Shown: positions 1 to 10,364 of the stretch, piece after piece | How the letters are laid out: the number at the start of each line of letters is the position of its first letter | Numbering within the stretch: position 1 is the stretch's first letter | NCBI GenBank assembly: GCA_001275005.1 | Contig: JWZX01003215.1 | Coordinates: 1-40,349 of the forward strand | DNA: 40,349 nt | Direction of reading: 5' to 3' | Origin: Chrysochromulina tobinii | Taxonomy: Eukaryota | The notes under the pieces: model-generated | What the model saw: the letters and a program-made list of their open reading frames with translations, nothing else | What the model was told of the DNA's origin: nothing | Database searches by the model: none | Translations under genes and position numbers: made by a program

Positions 1-393
1 AAGCGCGGCGGCGGCCCCCTTCGCCGCCGCCTTGTTGCACGCCGCCTCGCCTCAACGGCTCCCTCCACGGCAGCCTCCTCCGAGGAGTCGCCCTTCCTCT
101 TCGGCTATCGTTACACCCACTTTTGGTACACGATGCAGCCGCGGCCGCCGTACCGCCTTCTCGCCACCTCGGGCGAGTTCTGTATCGGCGCTCAGCACGA
201 CGCTAATGACTGTGAGAGTGTCCAATTCGTGTCGGGGATCGCGCCGTCCTGGGCGCCAGCCCCGCAGGCCTCCACCGAGCTGCTGCTCTCGTATGGGATC
301 AACGACTGCGAGGCCAAGGTGGCGCGCATCCCGATCGCGCAGGTGTGGGGCATGCTGCGCCCGCTCGACGGCGAGGTGGGCGTGTGCGAGTGA
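1..393 (+). CDS. 3' part of a gene entering from the left edge; possible glycosyltransferase-associated beta-propeller-type C-terminal domain
   Basis: Frame is open from base 1 to TGA at 391-393: ...FGYRYTHFWYTMQPRPPYRLLATSGEFCI...ESVQFVSGI...LLLSYGINDCEAKV. The motif pattern looks like a conserved domain; the family assignment is tentative. Confidence 0.65.
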   Translation, partial: KRGGGPLRRRLVARRLASTAPSTAASSEESPFLFGYRYTHFWYTMQPRPPYRLLATSGEFCIGAQHDANDCESVQFVSGIAPSWAPAPQASTELLLSYGINDCEAKVARIPIAQVWGMLRPLDGEVGVCE

Positions 394-542
394 TTCCGTG
401 ATACAATGTAGTTGTTCGTCGCAGGAATGATGGGAGCGTTTGGTTTTAATTCACAAAGCCGTCATTAGCCGCTCAGTACGACGCGAAATCCCTAACTTTT
501 TACGCGCGTTCTGTGCGGAGCGCCCACCGACGCCAGCAATAC

Positions 543-3114
543 ATGGCGAGCGCCGACCTTAGACGCCTTGAGATTGGCAACGTGGTCATTGAGCTGCCAC
601 CATCGGCGAAGGTCACCTACGGCGAGGGCGGTCGCGCCGAGCTGCACCTGAACGCCTTTACTGGCAGCCTGACCATCTTGCCGCCGGCGGCCTCGATGTC
701 CGTCAAGCGTGCCGCGGCGTCGATGGACTCAGAGGAGGATGCGAAACGCTCGCGGCTGGAGACGCCCGTCGACAGCCTCGAGGCGTCCGGAAATGTGGCG
801 GACGAGGTGAGCGCCACGCGCACGGTGCCCGGCCACTTTTTTCGGAACGGCGGCGGCGGCCCCTCTGATTCGTCGGACGAGGACGAAGCCGAGGCTCCGG
901 TGGCGCAGCCGCGCAACCTCTCGTGGGATGAGCTCATGGAAGAGACTACCGATGCACCACCCGCCGCCGCCGGACTGTCGACGGCTGCGGCCGCGCCGGT
1001 GGCGCCGCCGCAACCGCTGCCGGCTGACGGGGGTGTGCTGCAACAACCGACTGCGGAGGCAGCAGCAGCGGGGGTACGTGCTGCGGAGGAGGAGCGCGCT
1101 GAGGCGGCGCAGCAGCACGAGCCGCCACAGGCCGCGCAGGCGCATCCGGACGGGCCGCCGCCCCTCGGCCCCACCGCCGCCGCAGTCGCAGCCGCGCTGC
1201 TCGCCACACCGCCTTCGCCGGAGCATTGGGACGCCGCCAGCCCGACGGGCGCTGTGTTGAGCTCCGACCTGCCTAATATGGACAAAGGCGCTGTGTTGAG
1301 CGGCGAGGTGGCGGCGGAGCCCCTCTCCGGCCGTGCGGGTGCGCCGTCGGTGGAGGAGGGCTCGTCGGCGTCGGCGCTGGCGGATGGCATGAGTGTGCCC
1401 GCGGACGCCTTCCCCTTCTCGCGCGAAGAGCCGTTGGCCGAGTGGGAATGGGTACGTGATGGCCTCGTGATGGCCGCATGATGGCCACTGATGGCCGCGT
1501 GGTGACTTCTGATGGCCTCTGATGAGCTCTGATGGCTTCACTCATCAGGTACGCGTGCACCGCGTGATGACTTCTGATGGCCTCTGATGAGCTCTGATGG
1601 CTTCACTCATCAGGTACGCGTGCACGCGAGCGGCGAGGCTCCTCGTGGGCGTTGGGGTCATGCGGCAGTGGCGAGCGGCGGGGCGATGTTCCTCATGGGC
1701 GGTGATGATCTGACCGGTGCGATTGATTGCGATTGATTGCGATTGATTGCGGGGCGATGTTTCTCATGGGCGGTGATGATCTGACTGGTGCGATTGATTG
1801 CCTCTGATGACCTGTGGAGTGCGCTTGATTACCAGCGATGACCCATGGAGTGCGATTGATTGCCCCTGATCACCTATGGAGTGCGCTTCAGCCACCTCCA
1901 CGCCACCTCACGCCACCTTGTCATCTCACGTCATCTCACGTCATCTCAGACTCGGACGATGACATCCTGCGCGATCTCTACCGGTACGACGCGCGCGCGC
2001 ACACGTGGAGTCGTTGCCGCGACGCTCCGCACGGGCGCTGCTGGCACTCGGCGACCGTCGTCGGCGGGTCCGTCTCGGGCAATTCGAATGTGATCCTCGT
2101 CTTTGGCGGTGAGACGCTCAAGCCGAACGCGCCTGTCCGGCAGCCGCTGAGCTCGATGCTCTCATATGACCCCGAGTTCGACATCTTTTACGACGCGGTC
2201 GACCGTGGTCATCGCCCGTCCGCGCGGATAGGCCACACCGCCTCCTTGCACACGGTATGCCGCTCAGGACTTCAGATGGCCTTGGAGTGCGTCTGAGTAC
2301 GTCTGCGCGCGTCTGCGCGCATCTGCTTGCGGCATCTGCTTGCGTCTGCTTGCGTCTGAGTGCGTCTGAGTGCGTCCTTCATCAGGCGAACCATGGCGCC
2401 GCGAGCACGCACGCCGAGAAGCTCCTCGTCCTCGGCGGTTACAACGGCGTGAGCAAGTACGCGGACATGGAGCTACGCGAGCTCCACATCGGCGCCGACT
2501 GGGCATGGCGACGCGTCCTCTCGGGCGCTCTTGGATCTCCGGGTACGAGATCGTACTCGGGTCCCTCGCCGCGTGCGCACCACTCAACGACGCGCCTCGC
2601 CGGCGATCGCCTCTTATGCTTCGGAGGCGCCGACGGCGAGGGCGCCTATGCCGACGTCCACATCCTCGACCTGTCCACCATGGCATGGTCACAGCCGAGC
2701 GTGCGTGGCTCACCGCCCTCTGGACGCTCCGGCCACGCCGCCGTCGCGCTGGATGGGGTGCGCGTTCTCGTGCATGGAGGCTGGGGGCGCAGCAGCAGCA
2801 GCGTCAGTGCCGGTGCCACCTCCGGGAGCAGCCGCAGCGGCAGCTCCACCCACGCACTCGCCCCCGCCCAATCCCTCGCCCTCGCCGGCTCGACCCCGGT
2901 GCTCTACAATGACGTGGCCATCCTCGATACTGAGACGTGGGAGTGGACCCGTCCGAAGCTACGTGGGATGCCGCCCGCTCCGCGCGTAGGGCACTCGCTC
3001 GTGCCTCTGCCGGCAGCCGGGCGCGAGCCAGCGTCCTTGATCCTCTTTGGCGGGCGCGCCGAGGGCGATGCCGCCCTGAATGATCTCTACGAGCTGCGAC
3101 CGGTTGGCTCATAA
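543..3114 (+). CDS. Kelch-repeat (beta-propeller) protein with a long low-complexity N-terminus; predicted exons 543-1451, 1614-1716, 1950-2254, 2386-3114
   Basis: Spliced reading gives successive kelch blades (APRGRWGHAAV...FLMGG, GRCWHSATVV...LVFGG, SARIGHTA...LVLGG, PSPRAHHSTT...CFGG, PSGRSGHAAV...VHGG, PAPRVGHSLV...LFGG). GT-AG introns 1452-1613, 1717-1949 and 2255-2385 keep the frame. Confidence 0.85.
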
Positions 3115-3283
3115 TGGCCACTGTGCGGGTCGACGCGAGGGGGTATGGCCGTGGAGATGCTCGCCTTCTGCCACGAGTCACTTGCCTTCTTAGGAGCGCT
3201 CACTCAATGTCATGGACGCTTGCGCCTTCTGGGCCGCGAGGAGCGACGCTCACAAATGAGAGCACGGTGAACTGCGCCCACGA

Positions 3284-3333
3284 CTCGAGATCCACTCGAG
3301 ATCCACTCGAGATCCACTCGAGATCCACTCGAA
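3284..3333. repeat. Tandem 11-mer (CTCGAGATCCA) x~4
   Basis: ctcgagatccactcgagatccactcgagatccactcgagatccactcga, read directly. Confidence 0.9.
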
Positions 3334-4083
3334 TCGAGCTGGGCTTTGAATATGAGCGGGGAAACGTGGCGAGGATGGCGTGGGAGGGGCGGGAGGGGCC
3401 AGGGGCGGGAGGGGCTGGTGTGTGCTGTGCGTTCGGCAAGGTTGCGAATGTGGCGTGTGTGACCAGTGTGTGAGTCTGTGTGACCAGAGATCAGGTATCT
3501 CTACTGTGCGGCGAGTCAGACCCAATGCGACCTCGCGCTCGCCCGGCTTCCACAGTGCTGCACGAGCCATCATCGCTGCGGTGACGCAGGAGAGGAGTGA
3601 GCCTGAGCGTACACAGTGATTCATCGGAATACGGAAAGTTATGCCGACGACTTTTCTTCGACCATTGTGAATGTGAAGTCAGTTGCTTCTCGATTCGTTA
3701 CATTTTCTGGAAGATACATTCGGGACCGCGACGAAACTGTCTGACTTTCTGACAGGAACATTCAATCAGATAGATTCGGACCCTCTCACGCCCGCGTGCG
3801 AGCCCCCATTCACAATGAGATCCTGTACAAAGGCTTTGCCAGTGCCTTGGTGTCTGCCACGGCGCCTCCGATATCTCCGAGCCCAGAAGGGGTGTAGGCA
3901 GCCCGCAACACCTTAGGGGCGAGCGAACCGCCGCAGCCCCCGCGCCGCGTGCGTTAACCAGAATTGGTTTCATTACGGTACAGTACCGCGTAACGCCTTA
4001 CGCGGTGCCGCGTGATCCTCGCTCACGAGGCCATTGCCTGCGCCCAGTGGGAGGCAAGGAGGGGCTGCTCTGCATCGGGGCTG

Positions 4084-7000
4084 ATGGTCGATGCTTCGAC
4101 ACGTCTTGTGCTATTCGCCGCCATCGCTAGCGGGGCGGTGGGGGCTCTTGGGGAGGGGGCACCTGACCCCTCCCACTTGATCACGTCCAAGCACATTGGG
4201 CATGCGACCGTGCTCGGCCAAAACAATCCATGGCCGCAATGGGCTCCTGTGCTGATGGCATCAAACATGACCTTTGGTGGCGTCGGGTGCCCAACGGGTG
4301 GCTGCAACGGTCGACCGGGTGCCCAACGGGGGGGGGCTGCAACAGTCGACCGCTACGAGGTTCCTTACAACACCAATGATATCTTTTGCAGCAACCTGTC
4401 CGTGCTCTCCATGGCAACGGTGCTTTCGACACCATGGTACAACCGTGGCACGGAGATGGACTCGATGCATGACATCACTACACGGTCGCTCCCAGCCTTT
4501 TACTCGCTCCCAGCCTTCAACGCGATGACCATCATTGGCGGTGGGGCGTCGGGGCGCATCGGCGGCCTACTGCGCCTGCGCGAGGGCACACCCGACGAGA
4601 TCGCACTCGAGGAGCTCTTCGATGCGTGCAAGATCGGAGACGCCGACATCAAGTACTCGTTCCCGTACGACCAGACGAACTTGAAGGAGGACCCCAGAAG
4701 CGGCGAAAAGGGCGGGGTGCCTTTGCGGTGGGTGGAGTGCTTGGATGGCGCACTCGTGCTGTTCAGGCTCGGGTTGCTCATCTTTGCAGTTTGCTCGGAG
4801 CAGGAACGGTCCGGGCCAAACAAGAGCTTCACAATGTGGGCGAGGCGCAATCGCTCCTACCGGAACAAGTGGCGCTGTGCGATTTGGGCGAGGCACAATC
4901 GCTCCTACCGGATCAAGTGGTTCAAATTGGCCTTGTTCGCATTCTTGGTCCCACGGGTTAGCGGAATGGCGACGACGACGACGACGCCACCCGATGGCCA
5001 TGGGACTGGTGCATATCAACGTGATGGGACTGGTGCGCATCAGGCAGAGTCGGGCACACATATGGCAGAGTCGGGCACGCAGATGCCTCCGCCCACTCCG
5101 TTATGCGCTGACGATGTGGACAGCGGCGCCTTCGACTCAGGCGGCGCACCCATGCCGTGCTCCTACTTCTCTGCACAGCCCTCTGCTTGCGCTTCCTATT
5201 CGATCGCGCGGGCCTCTTGCCCGGTCGCGTGCGACACGTGTTCGCCGCTCCTGCCATGGCTACTATCACACACCCGACCGCCGCCCTCGCCACCCCCTTT
5301 GAAGGCCACACCCACTTCGTCCCTGTACCCTCCGAACTCTGGTCAGGCGCGGCCACGGTCCTCGTCACTGCCGCCATCGCCTCCACTCTTATTGCTGCAA
5401 CCTTTGCCTCCACCGCCTCCACCCATTCTGGTGCCATCTTCACCGCCTCCATGGTCGCCACTGATGGCACTCGCGTGCACCGTGCTGCCCTGCACTGAGG
5501 CCAGCGACGTTCCCGGGGTGTACCGAGGTCTGCAGCTCGCGGTGCCCAGCCACCGCCGCGAGCTGCAGACCCAGGTGAGCACCAGCGCGGGCCTGCTCAG
5601 TGCACTCGCCAACACAGCCGTCGGCCGCATTGTCCTTGCCCCCGGAACCTACAACCTCACCGCCGAGCTCAGCATCACCAGGAGCGTCATCCTCGAGGCA
5701 GCGGTGGCAGGCTCAGTCATCCTGAACGCACAAGCGAGCTCCTCGAGTCAACGCCGTGTGGTGAACATCAACCCTGGCTCATTGGGTGTCGTGCAACTCA
5801 TCGGGCTCAACATCACGGGAGGCTACTTGAGCTCTGTGCGTGCTCTTATTTCCCATCGCCCCGATGGGAAAATTGCTGACGTGCTCGCCTCGACTCACGC
5901 TTGCACACTGCGGCCGACGCTCCGGTCAACTACAGGTTGTACGTGCCGCAGAGACCTTCAATGTTTCCCATCGCCCCGATGGGAAAATGCCTTGTTGACA
6001 TGTCCATTTCGATTCTCATCTTTTATGATGGGTGCTGCCTCGAACTACCAGGATGGAGTACGTGCTAGCCTGAAACTTCAAAAGTTCCCATCGCCTCGAT
6101 GGGAAATTTGCTGACGCGCTTGCCTTGACTGATGGGAAATTTGCTGACGCGCTTGCCTTGACTTCTCGCTTGGCAACTGTGGCCGACGCTCCTGTCAACT
6201 ACAGCTTGTACGTGCCACAGAGACCTCGAAATTTCCCATCGCCCCGATGGGATTTTCACATGTTTGGGGCTTTTGCCTGCAGGGCGGCGGTGTTTTCATC
6301 GGTGGAGGCACGGTGACCTTGTCATCCTGCAACATCACTGGCAATACAGCTACAGGAGTGCGTGCTCTTGCTCAAAAGTTCCCATCGCCCCGGTGGGAAT
6401 TAGATGGGAACATTGCTGACACGCACCTTGCCTCTACTCTCGCTTGTGCAGTGCTGGAACTGCGGCGTACGTGCAGCAGAGACCTAAAGTTTCCCAATGC
6501 CCCGATGGGGAAGATGCTGACACTGCTGACACGCTTCGCCTCGACTCTTGCTTGTTGTTTGCAGGGTGGCGGTGTCTTTGTCAGTTCCGGCACAGTCTCA
6601 ATCATCAACTCCCAAGTGTATTCCAATCAAGCCACCAATGTGCGTGCTCATGCTCAAGAGTTCCCATCGCCCCACTTGCCTCAACTCACGCTTGCACAAC
6701 TGCAAACAAAACGACGCTCCGGTCAACATCAGGCGGTGCGTGCCACAGAGACCTTGAAAAGTTCCTATCGCCCCCATGGGAGACTCACGTGTTGCTCGTT
6801 GTTTTGCAGGGCGGCGTCTATGTCGATTCAGGCAATTCAGGCACAGTCACGATAACGTCTTCCTCGATCTACGGAAACACAGCTAACGAAGTGCGTGCTC
6901 ATGTTCAAAAGTTCCCATCGCCCCAATAGGAAAAGTGCTGACGTGCTTGCCTCGACTCTCGCTTGCACAACTGCGGACAACGCTCTGGTCAACTGTAGTT

Positions 7001-8795
7001 GGTATGTGCCGCAGAGACCTGATATTCTCCATCGCCCCCATATGATACTCACGATTTGTGCGTTGTATTGCAGGGCGGCGGTGTCTATGTCTATACCGGC
7101 ACTGTCTCAATCGTCGACTCCCAAGTGTATTCCAATCAAGCTTCTTATGTGCGTGCTCATGCTCAAAAGTTCCCATCGCCCAAAGGGGAAACTCACGCTT
7201 GCTAGTTGTTTGCAGGGTGGTGGTGTCGCAGTCTTGGCCCAGTCTGGCTTGGGAGGCACAATGTCAATCGTGAACTCCCAGATCTACTCCAACACAGCTT
7301 CCAATGTGCGCGCTCGTGTTGCCCCGATGGGAAAATTGCTGACTTGCTTGCCTTGACTCACACTTGCACAACCGCGAACGCTTCGGTCAACTACAGGGGG
7401 TGCGTGCTGCAGAGACCTTGAAAAGTTCCCATCGCCCCGATTGGATTTTCACATGTTTTGTACTTTGTGCTAGCAGGGTGGTGGTGTCGCTGTCTTAGGA
7501 GGCACAGTGACCATCTCATCGTGCACCATCAGTGGGAACACAGCTGGCTATGTGCGCTCATGTTCAAAAGTTCCCATCGCCCTAATAAGAAGATTGAGAC
7601 TGGATGTGCTTGGATGCATGTGCCATGCTTGGAACCGTAGCGAACCACTTTTCCCTCGCGTTCCCCTCTCCTTGCCCAGGGGCCCAATGTATTTTTCGTC
7701 CCGGCAACCTCGGTCTGCTCCTGGGCAACGACCCTCACCGGCGTCTATGGCGGCGCCAGCGCCATCTCAGCTTGCGCGGCGCCGCCGGCGCCGCCCTCAC
7801 TGCCGCCGCCGCCGCCGCCGCCCGACCTCATCCTCGTTCCCACGACCATCTTTGCCAACGTCGCCGCCGCCATCACCCTCTTCGGCAACGCGCTGACCGA
7901 TGGCGCATCGTGCGCCTTCCTTCCCTCGGGCAACGACACGTGCGCGGGCGCCGCGGCCCGCCGGCTCTTTCCGACCGGGGGCGTGCTCTCGGGCCGCACA
8001 CTCCCCGTGCGCCTCGACGGCCCGATGATCTACAAGCTCTGCGCCGCGCCGGCGGGCTCGAATGCCAGCCTCGACGCTCACTTCACCTACGTGAGCTCCG
8101 TCAGGCTCTTCGTTGCTTCCACGTACGGCTCTTCGATGAGTGTCATCCAATTCTCCCTCGAGCTCGCCGGCGACGTCTCCTCATTCACCCCGAGCGTGCA
8201 AGCCGAGATCAGGAGCGCGACCGCGGCCCGGGCGGGAGTCGACTTATCGGCGGTGGAGTTGACCATATCGCCGGGTAGCGTCATCGTCGGCGTGCGCATC
8301 CTGACGCCCACGGCGACGGCGGACTCGGTGCAGTCGACGATGGCCAACGTGACGAGCAGCCCAAGCAGCGTTGCGGGCATGTTCGCGAGCGTCACCGGCG
8401 TCTCGATTGCCGTGCTTGCGGTCGTGACGTCATCTACAATTGCCAACGTCGCACCGCCTCCACCGCCGCTGTTGACCGGTGCCGTGGCAGTCGAGACGAG
8501 CGGCTCATTTGGGATCATCATCGGCGTCCTCGTCGGCGTCATCATCGCTCTTGTCCTCGCCCTGGTCGTCATGCACCGTCGTCGCCATCTCAACGTTGGC
8601 CGGCATGTACCGAATGGCCACGAGGACGAGAAGGTGGCCCTAGCTCGACACAAAGCTGAGAGTGCCGATGAGATGGTGGCTCCGGATGAGATGGCGGCCC
8701 CAGAGCCAAAACCCACAGGCGCACCCAAGGCCCCGGAGGCCCCGAAGCTCGTACTCGCAGTCGAAGAAGGATTCGAGCTCCAGAACAAGCCATAG
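4084..8795 (+). CDS. Large type-I membrane surface protein: signal-peptide-like start, ShK-like Cys domain, Pro-rich linker, right-handed beta-helix (Pmp/pectin-lyase-like GGG[VA]...N.A repeats), SEA-like GSV module, TM helix and cytoplasmic tail. Predicted exons: 4084-5835, micro-exons 5936-5938, 6052-6057, 6205-6207, then 6283-6357, 6452-6466, 6565-6639, 6733-6735, 6810-6890, 6999-7001, 7074-7148, 7216-7305, 7397-7399, 7477-7551, 7680-8795
   Basis: Motifs: MVDASTRLVLFAAIASGAVGA; CSYF...CPVACDTC; HRRELQ...IVLAPGTYNLTAELSITRSV (typical beta-helix N-cap); six exons each reading GG(G)V...N.A; ISPGSVIVGV; TM FGIIIGVLVGVIIALVLALVVM. All introns are GT-AG, phase 0. The true start codon is uncertain. 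Confidence 0.8.
5836..7679 (+). repeat. Family of 14 mutually homologous short introns (67-147 nt) sharing GT(G/A)CGTGC-like starts and a TTCCCATCG-ccc-CGATGGGAA hairpin motif
   Basis: Recurrent blocks gtgcgtgctcatg(c/t)tcaaaagttcccatcgcccc, gatgggaaaattgctgac, cctcgactc(a/t)cgcttgcac, gacgctccggtcaactacag and gt(a/g)cgtgcc(g/a)cagagacc. Perfect 10-bp stems at 5849-5871 and 5964-5986. Confidence 0.9.
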
Positions 8796-10364
8796 GTGTC
8801 CTCGATCCTGCAGATGTTCTCGAGAGCAAGAGGGTGTGCAACACGTTTAAACGACTCGGCAACGAGGGGGCGGGGGCGGGGCGCGCGTCTTAGCCCCGTT
8901 GCGACGGGGCTCGACTGGTGTTGGAGTCGTAAGCAAGGAAGGAGGGATGAGCTGGGATAGGACCGGGAGCGGGGGAGCTCAGAAATGGGAGCGATGGCGC
9001 CCATGCGGAGTGGATGATGGGGAGCGCTCTGGAGCACGAGCCGGCGGGATGGGACATGATTGTGACAGGCTGAGGGTTCGGACCGCTCGGAGCGAGCGCC
9101 TGTGTGCGAGAGGTGCTCGGTGAGCAGAACCGTAGGTTGCGGAACTGTGTGCTATGTGCATCGCCATGTGGGCGGTCCCCGATCTTCCCCCGGGGGCGCA
9201 GTGCTTTGGGCAGAGCCGGGAGTGATGCATGCGGACGCTCCTGTTGTGAGTGTGGGATTTGGGCCTCGTAGTAGGCGTGGAAGAATTGGCGTAGTTCATG
9301 AACTTGAGCAGCGAGAGTGAAGACGCGCAAGCCGCAACGCAGGGGCACGAAAAAGCAGCCGCACATATACGTACTCACGCACACATCTCCCAGGTCAACC
9401 GACATCGAACCCTCCACGCAGCGCCGCCAGCCCCAGGAGCCAGGACCGCAGGACGCATCGGTCACGACATGTCACGATCGGTGATTTCATATGCGCGTGT
9501 TAGAGCTTAGTGACCTTACACGATTGAACGCAGGACCGCGGTGATTCGACATTCGTGTGTTCGATTCACACCGCACAATTCCGGAGAATGGGAGAATCAA
9601 AGGCTGATGGGCCAGGTAGGTTGAAGATGAACCATAAGACAAAATCATGGTATGCGAAAATCAGTGATGGACTCAACGCAATCCCACGCGCCTCACATGC
9701 CTCCTTTAGCGCGGTTGAATCGCCTCCCATGTCGCCTCCTTTGAAAGACTCAAAGTTGATTTCCTCGCGGATCGCCGCCGCAAGCGCCGCAAACCCGTGC
9801 ATGTCTATCTTGTGAGGCGCGGTTATTAATGGCTCGAACGCGTTCTCTAGAAGCCCCTAAATTTGCCTATTGATAGCGCCGCCCTCGACATACAACATGG
9901 CCAACATGGCCCTTTGAAGTGCTCAGAGTACAGAGAACTTGATATCCTAGCACCTAGCGTAGGTCCTAGTGAGTTGTTTAGGTCGGGACGCAGTAGCTTA
10001 GGACAGAGGCTCAACCACAGGTAGGCTCATTTTAGGACAAGGTAGCGTAGGCGACTGCCTCTGTGAGTTTTTTGAGTGTTGAGAGACTTACAATGAGAGA
10101 CCCGTATCTAACAAGTCGAGTATGCACTGCCATCTCGTGCGCCTGTCACCTCGCTCGCTCGCTCGCTCCCCCCCAACCACAGCACACGCCCTGCTTGCCA
10201 CGTGCATTGTTCACCAGTTCACGACCCGACCCTGTTCGCGCACGCCCGCACCATCCGATCCCCTGTGCGCCTGGGCCCGCCTGGGCGCCCTCACCCCAAC
10301 GCTACGTCGTTACCAATTCAACACTCTACACTGCGCATGCACATCGCTCTTTTAGCAGCTAGGC

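Noticed and set aside
3140..3970. Possible small spliced minus-strand gene or relic around the 11-mer repeat
   Set aside because: An acceptor-like gcgcag and short ORFs exist, but no consistent exon chain or recognisable domain could be built
5836..7679. CRISPR-like array (palindromic repeats with variable intervening sequence)
   Set aside because: Repeats are degenerate and irregularly spaced, sit inside GT-AG introns of a eukaryotic gene, and no cas genes are present; the intron/micro-exon model explains them
7552..7679. An eighth micro-exon in the last intron (ccgtag at about 7640)
   Set aside because: No GT donor or type B intron start follows the AG, so it is treated as a single intron
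4012..7896. ORF-track translations running through the repeat region (for example FPSPRWE, VRAHVQKFPSP)
   Set aside because: These are read-through translations of the conserved introns, not a protein repeat
9500..10100. Lower-GC stretch rich in TAGG/CCTAG, possibly a transposon remnant or telomere-like sequence
   Set aside because: No TIR, TSD, regular TTAGGG array or convincing ORF found by eye
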